Shown piece after piece: positions 29,986-44,058 of a DNA stretch of 64,000 bases. How positions within the stretch are numbered: position 1 is the stretch's first letter; each line of letters begins with the position of its first letter. The stretch comes from PVC group bacterium (GTDB lineage Bacteria > Auribacterota > Erginobacteria > Erginobacterales > Erginobacteraceae), in contig JAZDIV010000048.1 of NCBI GenBank assembly GCA_043804695.1, positions 1 through 64,000 on the forward strand, in the 5' to 3' direction. The translations under genes were made by a program, and so were the position numbers. The notes beneath the pieces are model-generated. The model had not been told where the DNA came from and did not search any database. It saw nothing but the letters and a program-made list of their open reading frames with translations.

Positions 29986-32076
29986 CTACCCCTCTTCTTC
30001 CTTCTCATTTTTGGTCAACGCGATTACCTTCTGAGAGATCGTGGCAGGAACTTCCTCATACCTCTCGAACTCCATCGTGAACACCCCCTTGCCCCCGGTC
30101 AGCGATCGGAGTTCCGGGGTATACTTCAACATCTCCGCCATCGGCACCTGAGCCTGGACGATCTGGCGGGAGCCGTCGGGCGTCATCCCCAAAATGCGGC
30201 CGCGCCGGGAGTTCAGGTCGCCGGTGATGGCCCCCATGTACTCGGTGGGGACGGTGATCGAGACATTCATTATCGGCTCCATCAGAACCGGCTGGGCGCT
30301 CCGGGCACATTCCTTGAAGCCCTGGCGCCCCGCGATCTGAAAGGCGATGTCCTTGGAATCAACCGGATGGGTCTTGCCGTCATAAACGGTGGCGATGACA
30401 TCCATCATGGGGTAACCGGCCAGCACCCCGCTTCCCATGGCGCTCAAATAGCCTTTCTTGACGCTCTGGACCAGCTGAGCCGGTATGTGGCCTCCCACTA
30501 CCGCATCGGAGAAAAGCAGCTTCCCCCCCCAGGGGAGCTCAATCAGCTCTCTTTTCGCCTTGCCTTCCGCGTTTTCCGCCCCGGTGGTGTAAGGCTGAAC
30601 GTGCATCCAGACCTCGGCGAACTGCCCCGCGCCGCCGGTTTGTTTCTTGTGGCGGTACTTGGTCTCCCCCTTTCCCCTGATCGTTTCCTTGTAAGCGACC
30701 CGGGGCGTTCTCAATTCGACATCGACATTGAAGATCTTGCTGAGCCGGTTGACGACGATCTGGATCTGGACCTCGCCCATCCCCGAGAGAACGTACTCTT
30801 TCGTCAGCGGGTCGAGGCGCCCCTTCAGGGTCGGATCTTCGTCGATCAGCTTGTGAAGCCCCTCGGCGATCTTGTCCTCGTCCCCCCGGTTCCTGGCGTA
30901 GACCGCCATCAGGGCGGTCGGCGAAGGAAAACGGAGCGCAGGAAACTGGCAGCTCTGCCCCGGCGCGCAGAGGGTGTCTCCGACCGACGTCTCCTTGAGC
31001 TTGGTCAGGGCGATGATATACCCGGGTATCGCCTGGGGGATTTTAATCTGCTCCTTGCCCCGGAGGACGAAGAGATGGCTGACCCGCTCCTTGTGGCCGC
31101 TGGTGGAATTGAAGACCTCCGACTCCGCCGGAAGACAGCCTGACCAGACCCGGATGTACGACAGCTGCCCGACAAAAGGATCGTTGACGCTCTTGAAGAC
31201 CCGGGCGCAGAAAGGAGCGTCTTTTCCGGGGGACATCCTGTCGTCTCCGACGGTTATCTCCCCCCGATCAGCCGGGGAGGGGAAGAGATCGCAGAAGCTC
31301 TGGAGCAGCTCATCCACCCCGACGGCGGTCAGGGCGCTGCCACAGAAGACCGGGCAGACGCCGCCGCGGGCGAAAGCGGCCCGGAAACCATCCCGGATTT
31401 CCGCCGGCTCCAGGGTTCCGTTCTCCAGGTATTTCTCGATCAGGCTGTCCTGCGTCTCCGCGGCCGCTTCCATGATCTTCTCCCGGAAACCGTTGATTTG
31501 ATCCCTCAAGCCGGCGGCGGCGGTATCCCCGGCCTTGCCGTCGAGGAGCCCGCACACCGTCGTGAAGGAGGAGTGATCCCCGCCGGGAAGGCATACCGGA
31601 AGCACGGGCGCCCCCAGTTCATCCCGGATGGCGGCCAGCGCTTTCGAGAACTGGGAATTCTCCCGGTCAAGCTTGTTGACAAAAAAAGCGACCGGCAGAT
31701 TCCGGGAACGGGCCTCTTCCCATATCCGCCGGCTGCCGGTGTCGATCTCCCCCGTTCCGTCCACCACAATCAGAACGCTGTCCACCACTTCCAGGGCCAC
31801 GACGACCTCTCCCCAGAAATCCATGTATCCCGGCGCATCCAGCAGAAAGAGATTCTTTCCCGCGACGGCACAGTTCAGGGGCGTGGTGCGCACGCTGCCT
31901 TTACGGGCCTTCTCCTCCTCATCGGTGTCCGAGATCGAATTCCCTTCATCGACGCTGCCCTGCCGGCTGTTGGCCCCGGCCTTGTACATCAGGGCGTCGG
32001 CCAGGGTGGTCTTGCCGCAGCCGTTGCCGCCGAAAATCCCGATGGTCCGGACGTCCTTCACTTCATAATCAGCCAT
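29986..32076 (-). CDS. Elongation factor G paralog (EF-G2-like)
   Basis: GxxxxGKTT, DAPGYMDF, NKLD, GMGE, KKQTGGAGQF, EPIM; divergent G motifs; not in an rpsL-rpsG operon. Confidence 0.9.
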   Translation of the reverse strand: MADYEVKDVRTIGIFGGNGCGKTTLADALMYKAGANSRQGSVDEGNSISDTDEEEKARKGSVRTTPLNCAVAGKNLFLLDAPGYMDFWGEVVVALEVVDSVLIVVDGTGEIDTGSRRIWEEARSRNLPVAFFVNKLDRENSQFSKALAAIRDELGAPVLPVCLPGGDHSSFTTVCGLLDGKAGDTAAAGLRDQINGFREKIMEAAAETQDSLIEKYLENGTLEPAEIRDGFRAAFARGGVCPVFCGSALTAVGVDELLQSFCDLFPSPADRGEITVGDDRMSPGKDAPFCARVFKSVNDPFVGQLSYIRVWSGCLPAESEVFNSTSGHKERVSHLFVLRGKEQIKIPQAIPGYIIALTKLKETSVGDTLCAPGQSCQFPALRFPSPTALMAVYARNRGDEDKIAEGLHKLIDEDPTLKGRLDPLTKEYVLSGMGEVQIQIVVNRLSKIFNVDVELRTPRVAYKETIRGKGETKYRHKKQTGGAGQFAEVWMHVQPYTTGAENAEGKAKRELIELPWGGKLLFSDAVVGGHIPAQLVQSVKKGYLSAMGSGVLAGYPMMDVIATVYDGKTHPVDSKDIAFQIAGRQGFKECARSAQPVLMEPIMNVSITVPTEYMGAITGDLNSRRGRILGMTPDGSRQIVQAQVPMAEMLKYTPELRSLTGGKGVFTMEFERYEEVPATISQKVIALTKNEKEEEG

Positions 32077-32316
32077 GGTCTTAACCTCGAAGATAGCCCT
32101 CGATAGTCCAGGCATAGTTAGAAACGGATTGAAATAAGTGCCTAAAGTTCAAAGTGCCTAAAGTGCCTAAAGTTAAAACTGCCCGCCGTGACTCTTGGCC
32201 GGGCGGGCCGGAACCGCCGGCGGAGCAATACTATAATTACCGCAAGGAATGCCGAAGGCATTCCGATCCGGCAAGTCCCGGAGCGAAGCGACTGGACGAT
32301 ACTACATCTGTTCCAT

Positions 32317-32877
32317 TCACGCCCGCCCCAGGTATTCGCCGGTTCGGGTGTCGATCTTTATCTTCTCCCCCTCTCGGATGAAAAGCGGAACATTCAGCTC
32401 GAGGCCGGTCTCCATCCGGGCCGGCTTGCGGACATTGGTGGCGCTGTCCCCCTTCAGTCCTTCCGGCGCGGCGGTCACCGTCAGCGCCACGCTGGAGGGG
32501 AGTTCCAGCTGAATCGGGACATCCTCGTCGCTGCAGACCAGGTCATACTCGGCTCCCTCGACAATGTAATCCTGAGCAGATCCGACCAGGTTCTCATCGA
32601 CCGTGACCTGATCAAATGTCTCGGGGTCAACAAAGACATAACCCGGCCCGTCCCGGTAGCTGTACTGCAGCTTCTTCCTGGTCAGTGAAACGATCTCCAC
32701 CGGCTCGGTGGACGAGAACCTGACCTGGGAAGAGCGGCCGTTCCGCAGATTGCGCAGAACCGCCTGAACATACGCGCCGCCCTTGCCCGGCTTGACCCGA
32801 TCGAGGTCGAGGACCAGGCAGATATCGTCGTTATAACGGACGGCATTCCCCCGTTTCATATCGTTGGCGATGGCCAT
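32317..32877 (-). CDS. efp: Elongation factor P
   Basis: VKPGKGGAYV, KGDSATN..KPA.METG, DTRTGEYLGR. Confidence 0.96.
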   Translation of the reverse strand: MAIANDMKRGNAVRYNDDICLVLDLDRVKPGKGGAYVQAVLRNLRNGRSSQVRFSSTEPVEIVSLTRKKLQYSYRDGPGYVFVDPETFDQVTVDENLVGSAQDYIVEGAEYDLVCSDEDVPIQLELPSSVALTVTAAPEGLKGDSATNVRKPARMETGLELNVPLFIREGEKIKIDTRTGEYLGRA

Positions 32878-32998
32878 ATAAGTTAGCGCCTCCGGCGCAA
32901 CTTGGTGTAAAGTTTAAAGTGGAAAATGTAAGGGATCTTTACACTTTACACCTGACACTTTACACAGCTGTATTGAAATTCCGAAGCAGCAAGTTAGC
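32878..32998. repeat. Intergenic cassette type C, solo copy
   Basis: Nearly identical to 41565-41668; TTAGCGCCTCC at both boundaries. Confidence 0.85.
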
Positions 32999-33047
32999 GC
33001 CTCCGAAGCTGCTAATGATATTATTTTTGCACAGCAAAAATAATAAC

Positions 33048-33338
33048 TCAGCCTTTCACCGCCACCTCGAACCCCTCCCGGACCGGGGCTTCGCGGTAGA
33101 GCGGGTAGGAGGCGCGCTGCTCGAGATAGAGATTTACCTCCTCGCTCGCCTCGGCGTCCTTCCTGCTCTCCCAGATGGTGACGGAAATCGCTTTCGATCG
33201 TTCCCGGTCGATGAGCAGGTAAAAGTTCCGGTACCCTTTCTGAACCTTGATCTCGGGGTTGATATACTCCTCGTACAGCTCCCGGAACTCGTCGATCTTA
33301 TCCGGCTTGATCGAGATCGTAATAAGCTGGGCGTACAT
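33048..33338 (-). CDS. ABM-domain (dimeric alpha-beta barrel) protein
   Basis: IKPDKIDEF...QKGYR...ISVTIWESRKDAEA pattern; SD GGGAGGG. Confidence 0.75.
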   Translation of the reverse strand: MYAQLITISIKPDKIDEFRELYEEYINPEIKVQKGYRNFYLLIDRERSKAISVTIWESRKDAEASEEVNLYLEQRASYPLYREAPVREGFEVAVKG

Positions 33339-33354
33339 ATGATACCCTCCCCTT

Positions 33355-33595
33355 ATAAATTAGCGCCTCCGGCGCTAATTTAGAAGAATTTGGAGTGAAT
33401 TGTACCTTTTAAACGTGTAACAGACTGATGATTACCCAAGAATTAGTTTGAATGTAACTGCTCAATAAACAACGGTAAGCCTTGAGTGTAATAAAATAAA
33501 ACAAAATATTTTTTCCTGGTTGCTTTTTCGCCTGTTTCGGGAGTTCAATAATCGGATCTTTCCGATTATTGAAATTCCGAAACAGGCACGTTAGC
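33355..33595. repeat. Intergenic cassette type D, copy 2
   Basis: Matches 16637-16870; contains the long hairpin GCCTGTTTCGGGAGTTCAATAATCGGA / TCCGATTATTGAAATTCCGAAACAGGC. Confidence 0.85.
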
Positions 33596-33773
33596 TCACG
33601 CATTAGATACTACAAAGCATACTCTCACGTCAATAAAACAAACGTACGGGCGGCACGTGGTGGAGAAAAAAGCAGGACTTCCGTTACATAAAAAAACCAG
33701 ATAGACGAATCTATCCGGGAAAAAAGATTACTACAGCCACAGTTTAAGAGAGAGAGACTGTGTAACAGTTTAA

Positions 33774-34031
33774 TCATGTTCTGATTATCTGCTCGTGCTC
33801 CTCCACTTTTTCGCCTATCGTATCTAACTTTTGATCTATTTTGCCTATTTGCTCTTGCAAATTTTTTGCCACCAAATTAAGTTTTAGCTCAGTTTCCCGA
33901 TTAAGCTCCCGAGCCTCTTCCCTCACTTCACCGATGTCCCTCCTTAAAACTTGATGGCCCTCCAAGATCACATCAAATTTCCGGTCCATATGTTCCATGA
34001 GCACTTCAAATCTTTCTTTTTCATCCGGCAC
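33774..34031 (-). CDS. Small coiled-coil hypothetical protein (AT-rich gene)
   Basis: Heptad-like charged helix; SD AAGGA before a GTG start. Confidence 0.6.
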   Translation of the reverse strand: MPDEKERFEVLMEHMDRKFDVILEGHQVLRRDIGEVREEARELNRETELKLNLVAKNLQEQIGKIDQKLDTIGEKVEEHEQIIRT

Positions 34032-34162
34032 AGCTTTATTTCCTTTTGTTATTTATCGGCAATTATTATGGCTTAAACTTAAAATTTTAACAAGATATTT
34101 TTAATCGGACATAAAATAAGGGAGTGATTGCGCATTTTCGAAGAAAATGCGCAAAAAAATAG

Positions 34163-34278
34163 CCCCGCGGCAACCTACTCTCCCCCCCAGTCTCCCGGGA
34201 AGTACCATCGGCTCAGAAGGGCTTCACGACCGTGTTCGGGATGGGAACGGGTGTTTCCCCTTCGATATGGCCACGGGA
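34163..34278 (-). rRNA. rrf: 5S rRNA
   Basis: Conserved CCTACTCTCCC, AGTACCATCGGC, GTTCGGGATGGGAACGGGTG (reverse-strand reading). Confidence 0.95.
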
Positions 34279-34462
34279 CTAATTTTTTCGCTTCGCGAAA
34301 AAATTATTGTTATCTCAAGCCAACAATTTCTCCACGAAGCACAAATAAATTAAGGTCAGTATCTTGTCTGTTAACTACTTCAAAAAGCTTCGGCGGGGAT
34401 CTTAAACTATTTTATTTATCCCTCCCCGGAACGAACGTTCCGGGGAGGGAAAATAAAATATA

Positions 34463-37531
<3,069 letters not shown>

Positions 37532-37630
37532 AGTAAATAATAATTTACCGATCTGCCTCGACTTCTTGCAGTACTCAAGACTTCCCGGAGGACAGACACT
37601 GCTCCCCCGGAATGCCTCAAGACCCTGACC

Positions 37631-37647
37631 TCAATTGTCAAAGAACA
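37631..37647 (-). promoter_or_regulatory. BoxA antiterminator (spacer)
   Basis: TGTTCTTTGACAATTGA, identical to the leader copy. Confidence 0.8.
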
Positions 37648-37685
37648 TAAAATTTTTCCGTACCGGAAAAATTTTATTAATAAAA

Positions 37686-37758
37686 TGGAGCTGAGGGGTT
37701 TCGAACCCCTGACCTCAGGCTTGCAAAGCCCGCGCTCTCCCAGCTGAGCTACAGCCCC
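37686..37758 (-). tRNA. tRNA-Ala(TGC), CCA not encoded
   Basis: GGGGCTGTAGCTCAGCTGGGAGAGCG...TTGCAA...TTCGAAACCCC cloverleaf. Confidence 0.96.
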
Positions 37759-37863
37759 TTAAAATTTTTTCCGAAGAAAAAATTTTAAGGACACATTACC
37801 ATACCAGACATTTAATCAAAAGAGCAAATATCCAACAATACTTCGCATCAGTCCACTCAGACA

Positions 37864-37937
<74 letters not shown>

Positions 37938-38176
37938 TTATTTTTTTGCTCCGCAAAAAAATAATGTGTAGCGCCTTCGTCGCTACCAATTCTAATTCAA
38001 GGCGTTGATCTCAATTATCAAATCTTTATATAGATCCCGCTGAATATATTTTTTATTACGACGCAAAGCGTCGTAATCGCCTTTTTATTTCCTCCGCCGT
38101 TTTCCCTTGGAAAACGGCGGAGGAATATAAAAAGAATGGCAAGACGGGTCCAGCACGGAAGCCGTTGCTACTCTTT

Positions 38177-39775
<1,599 letters not shown>

Positions 39776-39821
39776 TGATTAAGAATTGATCCGGCTTCCG
39801 TACTGGAGCCCGTCTTACCAT

Positions 39822-39838
39822 TCAATTGTCAAAGAACA
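39822..39838 (-). promoter_or_regulatory. BoxA antiterminator (leader)
   Basis: TGTTCTTTGACAATTGA upstream of 16S. Confidence 0.8.
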
Positions 39839-39936
39839 AAAAAAATGCATCCGCAGATGCATCGATGAATACCTGCGAAGAAATGTGGTGCTGCTTACAT
39901 TGTAAAGGAACACCTCAATTTCATCAGCTTGCCATT

Positions 39937-39965
39937 ACCATATACCACGAGGCGTCGTCTGTCAA
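39937..39965 (-). promoter_or_regulatory. rRNA operon sigma70 promoter
   Basis: TTGACA-17nt-TATGGT. Confidence 0.75.
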
Positions 39966-39994
39966 GAGGAAAATGAAATTATTTTTTCGGGATA

Positions 39995-41218
39995 TCACCC
40001 AGCCAGCGCGATCCGGCAAAAATGCCGTTTGCCCAGCTTGAGAACGTCATTAGCTTTGACCGCGATCAGGGCCTCGTGTTCAACTATTTTTTCTCCGTTT
40101 AAACTGACCGCTCCCTCCTTGATCTTCCGGCGGGCCTCCGCGTTGCTGGAGACCAGCGATGCCTTCCGGAGCAGGGTTACGATGTTGATCATGCCTTCGG
40201 CCAGATCATCCGGCCCCAGCCGGAGAGACGGCATCTCCCGGGGCGCTTTTTTCTTCTGGTGGACCGTCTCAAAAGTCCGCTGCGCCTCGCGGGCGTCCTG
40301 ACTCGAAGTAAACCGTTCGGCGATCTCGAAGGCCAGGTTCTTCTTCCAGATCAGGGGATTGGTCCCCGCGGCGCAGGCCCGCTTCGCCTCTCCGATTTCC
40401 TCGGCGCTCCGATCGGACAGCAGCTCGAAATAGCGCCACATCATGTTGTCGGAGATGGACATTATCTTGCCGTAGATATCCCGGGCCGGCTCGCTGATCC
40501 CCACGTAGTTCCCCAGGCTCTTGCTCATTTTCTGCACCCCATCGGTCCCTTCCAGCAGGGGGAGGGTCATGACCGTCTGCGGGGGCTGCCGGTATTCCCG
40601 TTGAATTTCCCGGGCCAGGAGCAGGTTAAAGGTTTGATCGGTCCCCCCCAGCTCCAGGTCGGACCGGACGATAACCGAGTCATACCCCTGCATCAGGGGA
40701 TAGAGGAACTCCAGCACGCTGATCGGGCGCCCCGCCCGGTAGCGTTCCGAGAAATCATCGCGTTCCAGCATGCGGGCCACCGTATACTTGGAGGTGAGCT
40801 CAATGATATCGGAAAACTTCAGCGGCGAGAGCCAGGAGCTGTTGTAAACCACCTCGGTCTTTTCCCGGTCGAGAATCTTGAACACCTGCTCCTGATAGGT
40901 GCGGGCGTTCTCCATGATTTCGTCCCGGGAGAGGCGGCGGCGGGTCCTGGTTCTTCCGGAAGGATCGCCGACCAGCGCGGTGAAGTCACCGATGATGAAT
41001 ACGACCAGGTGGCCCAGATTCTGGAACTCGCGCAGCTTGCGGAGGGGAACGGTATGCCCGAGATGGATGTCGGGAGCCGAGGGGTCGGCGCCGTACTTGA
41101 CCCGGAGCGGCCGCCCGGAGGAGAGGGAACCTCGGATTTTGACCGCCAGATCGTCTTCCGGAATGATCTCGACGGCGCCCCGCCGGATGATTTTCAGTTG
41201 CTGTTCTACCGGATCCAT
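39995..41218 (-). CDS. tyrS: Tyrosine--tRNA ligase
   Basis: GADPSAPDIHLGH, YPLMQGYDS, GGTDQ, KMSKS, C-terminal S4 domain. Confidence 0.97.
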   Translation of the reverse strand: MDPVEQQLKIIRRGAVEIIPEDDLAVKIRGSLSSGRPLRVKYGADPSAPDIHLGHTVPLRKLREFQNLGHLVVFIIGDFTALVGDPSGRTRTRRRLSRDEIMENARTYQEQVFKILDREKTEVVYNSSWLSPLKFSDIIELTSKYTVARMLERDDFSERYRAGRPISVLEFLYPLMQGYDSVIVRSDLELGGTDQTFNLLLAREIQREYRQPPQTVMTLPLLEGTDGVQKMSKSLGNYVGISEPARDIYGKIMSISDNMMWRYFELLSDRSAEEIGEAKRACAAGTNPLIWKKNLAFEIAERFTSSQDAREAQRTFETVHQKKKAPREMPSLRLGPDDLAEGMINIVTLLRKASLVSSNAEARRKIKEGAVSLNGEKIVEHEALIAVKANDVLKLGKRHFCRIALAG

Positions 41219-41220
41219 CT

Positions 41221-41673
41221 ATAAATTAGCGCCTTCGGCGCAACTTGGTTACGGCCAGGGTAACGATGCCCGTTTCGGCAAAGGTAACGGTAACGGCCAC
41301 TCCGCCTGGCGCACGTAACCGTAACCGGCAGACGAAACCCCGATAAATCGGGGCAGGCTGGGCCTCGTAACCGTAACCGTAGCCGTTATTGAAATTCCAA
41401 AGCAGGAACTTAGCCCTCACTTCGCTCGGGCGACTAAATAAAACTACGAATTACGCGAATTACACGAATTTTCTTTAAAATATCCCTGCACTGTCGGTTC
41501 AATGCTTGCACATTCTTATTTTTCCGGAGGAAAAATAAGATTATTGAAATTCCGAAACAGCAAGTTAGCGCCTCCGGCGCAACTTGGTGTAAAGTTTAAA
41601 GTGTAAGGAATCTTTACACTTTACACCTGACACTTTACACAGCTTTATTGAACTCCCGAAACAGGGAATGAGC
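41221..41673. repeat. Tandem array of three different intergenic cassettes (A 41226-41409, B 41410-41564, C 41565-41668)
   Basis: Junction TTATTGAAATTCC(G/A)AA(A/G)CAG-n4-T(T/G)AGC repeated three times with unrelated interiors. Confidence 0.85.
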
Positions 41674-41857
41674 GCCTTCGGGGATGACTTCTATTCCGGC
41701 AAAGGTTGGGGTGATTACTTCCAAAATGGATATCGGATTATCAGCATATCAGTGGGAAGGACATCAGGAACTTAGGAGAACAGGTAAGGGCTCGGCCTCG
41801 CCTGATAATCTGATATCCTGAGGCCCTTCCCACAGATATGCTGATTCCCTGGTATCC

Positions 41858-43663
41858 TTATTTCTCTTCTCCCCCTTCATCCGCGGGGGCGGTGTCTTCC
41901 CCTGACATTTCAGAAGCCGGGGTGGCCGGCCCGGCTATCGATTCGGCCAGTTTTTCCAGGCCGTCCTTGAGGCGGGTGTCGACATCTTTCATCCGGGGCC
42001 GCACCGTCTCCGCACCGGCGGGCGGTTCCTGCTCCAGCCCTTTTCCCTGGAGATAGTTTTTAATGCTCAGGGCGATCCGCCGCTCGTCCTTATCGATATT
42101 GATCACCTGCGCCTTGACCGCGGCGCCTTCCGCAATGACGTCTTTAATGTTCTCAAACGGCTTGTCGCTGACCTGGGAGATATGCACCAGCCCCTCGATG
42201 CCGGAGTCAAGCTCCACAAACACGCCGAAGCCGGTGACCTTGGTCACCTTCCCTTCGACAACATCGCCCGGCATATACCTGCTGGTGACCTCCTCCCAGG
42301 GATCGATCCCCATCTGCTTGGTCCCCAGGGAGATTTTTTTATTTTCAGCGTCAATCGAAAGAACAACCGCCTCCACCTTGTCGCCCCGCTTGAACAGCTG
42401 AGAAGGATGGGCTATCTTCTTCGTCCAGGACATGTCGGAGACGTGAATCAACCCGTCGATGCCCTCCTCCAGCTCAAGAAACGCCCCGTAGGAGGTCATG
42501 TTCCGGATCTTCCCCTTAACGACACTGCCCACCGGGAACCTGTCGGCAACCTGCGTCCAGGGGTTGACCTCGAGCTGCTTGATCCCGAGCGAGATTTTTT
42601 CTTCTTCCGGCTGAGTCTTCAGGACCACGATCTCGATGACATCGCCGATCGCGAGAATATCGGTCGGGTGGTTGATCTTGCGGGTCCAGGAGAGCTCGGA
42701 GATGTGGACCAGTCCCTCCACTCCGTCTTCCAGCTCGACAAAAGCCCCGTAGGGCATGATGTTCACCACCCGTCCCTGGACTTTCTTGCCGGGAGGATAC
42801 TTTTCGCCCACCGACTCCCAGGGGTTGGGGGTCTTCTGCTTGAGTCCCAATGAGACCCGTTCCCGTTCCCGGTCATACTTCAGAATCTTGACTTCGACCT
42901 CATCCCCCACCGCCAGCAGCTCGGAGGGATGGCTGATCCGGCCCCAGGACATGTCCGTGATATGGAGGAGGCCGTCCAATCCTCCCAGATCTACGAAAAC
43001 CCCGAAGTCGGTTATGTTCTTGACCACGCCTTTCCTGATGTCGCCTTCCGCGATCTCGGAGAGGAGCTTGGTCCGGGCACGGGTGCGCTCTTCTTCCAGA
43101 AGTTCCCGGCGGGACAAAACGATATTCCGCCGGCGTTCATTGATTTTGATGATTTTGAACGCGAATTCCCGGCCCATCAGGCTGTCTTTATCTTTAATGT
43201 AGTGGATGTCGATCTGGGAGGCGGGCAGAAAAGCGTCCAGGCCGATATCGACCATCATCCCGCCTTTCACCCGCCGGGAGATAACCCCGGAAATGCTGTC
43301 CCCTTCCTGATACTGGGAGACGACCCGCTCCCAGTTTTTCAGCTTGTCCGCCTTCTGCTTGGAGATGCAGACCATCCCGTCCCTGTCTTCCAGACGCTCG
43401 AGGAAAACCTCCACCGTGTCCCCGGTCTGGAGGCTGGTCTCGGTCTCAAATTCACTCAGGGGGATCAGGCCCTCGGACTTGTAGCCGATATCGATAACCA
43501 CGTATTCAGAACGGATCCCGTAAATCCGGCCGGTTACCATCTTCCCTTCTTCGAGATGCTGCATGGTCGCCTCGACCATCCCCGCCAGCTCTTCCCGGGA
43601 CATCGTCTCCCCGGCGCCGCTTTCTTGAATCGGTTGGGTTGTTTCGTTCGTCAGTTCCGTCAT
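41858..43663 (-). CDS. rpsA: 30S ribosomal protein S1
   Basis: Six S1 repeats (DGLLHITDMSW, EGLVHISELSW). Confidence 0.97.
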   Translation of the reverse strand: MTELTNETTQPIQESGAGETMSREELAGMVEATMQHLEEGKMVTGRIYGIRSEYVVIDIGYKSEGLIPLSEFETETSLQTGDTVEVFLERLEDRDGMVCISKQKADKLKNWERVVSQYQEGDSISGVISRRVKGGMMVDIGLDAFLPASQIDIHYIKDKDSLMGREFAFKIIKINERRRNIVLSRRELLEEERTRARTKLLSEIAEGDIRKGVVKNITDFGVFVDLGGLDGLLHITDMSWGRISHPSELLAVGDEVEVKILKYDRERERVSLGLKQKTPNPWESVGEKYPPGKKVQGRVVNIMPYGAFVELEDGVEGLVHISELSWTRKINHPTDILAIGDVIEIVVLKTQPEEEKISLGIKQLEVNPWTQVADRFPVGSVVKGKIRNMTSYGAFLELEEGIDGLIHVSDMSWTKKIAHPSQLFKRGDKVEAVVLSIDAENKKISLGTKQMGIDPWEEVTSRYMPGDVVEGKVTKVTGFGVFVELDSGIEGLVHISQVSDKPFENIKDVIAEGAAVKAQVINIDKDERRIALSIKNYLQGKGLEQEPPAGAETVRPRMKDVDTRLKDGLEKLAESIAGPATPASEMSGEDTAPADEGGEEK

Positions 43664-43819
43664 CTCACGTATTCCTTCCTGTTGCGGATATCCCATCCGG
43701 GGACAACCGCCGCGGTTGCGCCGGCCGCTAGGACGACCGGCGGGGTTGTGTTATTTTTGCCGCCCCGGCAAAATCGGGGCGGTAAAAACAACGGTGTATT
43801 TTTGAGCCAAAGGGGGCGG

Positions 43820-43848
43820 AGGATAGCACCGGAGCGTTTCTGAGTCAA
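43820..43848 (-). promoter_or_regulatory. rpsA promoter
   Basis: TTGACT-17nt-TATCCT with extended TG. Confidence 0.7.
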
Positions 43849-43889
43849 TATCTAACTGGATTCGGTGTCCGACAATTGTCCGCCTATGA

Positions 43890-44050
43890 TAAATGACGAA
43901 ACTCGAATGTCGAATGACGAAAGAATGACAAATTTAAAATGACCAATGACGAACCCTCCCCGCCTGGGTGATGGGTTTATTTGTCATTAGACATTCTTTC
44001 GGCATTCGTTATTCGGATTTCGTCATTCGTCACTCATTCCTCATTGCGAT
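43890..44050. repeat. GAATGACGAA/TTCGTCATTC inverted tandem repeat
   Basis: Same family at 45950-46080 and 56720-56790. Confidence 0.7.
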
Positions 44051-44058
44051 CTCGATTA

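Noticed and set aside
32878..32998. Canonical integron attC site
   Set aside because: Outer ends partly pair (GCAACTTGGTG / CAGCAAGTTAGC), but no L-box pairing is visible, the cores deviate from GTTRRRY, and no IntI is present. Kept only as an analogy.
41226..41420. Peptide ORFs in cassettes (FRNFNN..., GYGYGY...)
   Set aside because: Both A copies stay in frame, but their starts lie outside the shared sequence and the D copies are frameshifted relative to each other. Most likely a by-product of the conserved DNA ends.
41221..41673. CRISPR array (junction contains ATTGAAAT, like CRISPR repeat ends)
   Set aside because: Units are 104-184 bp and unequal, the interiors are themselves multi-copy repeats, and no cas genes are in the window.
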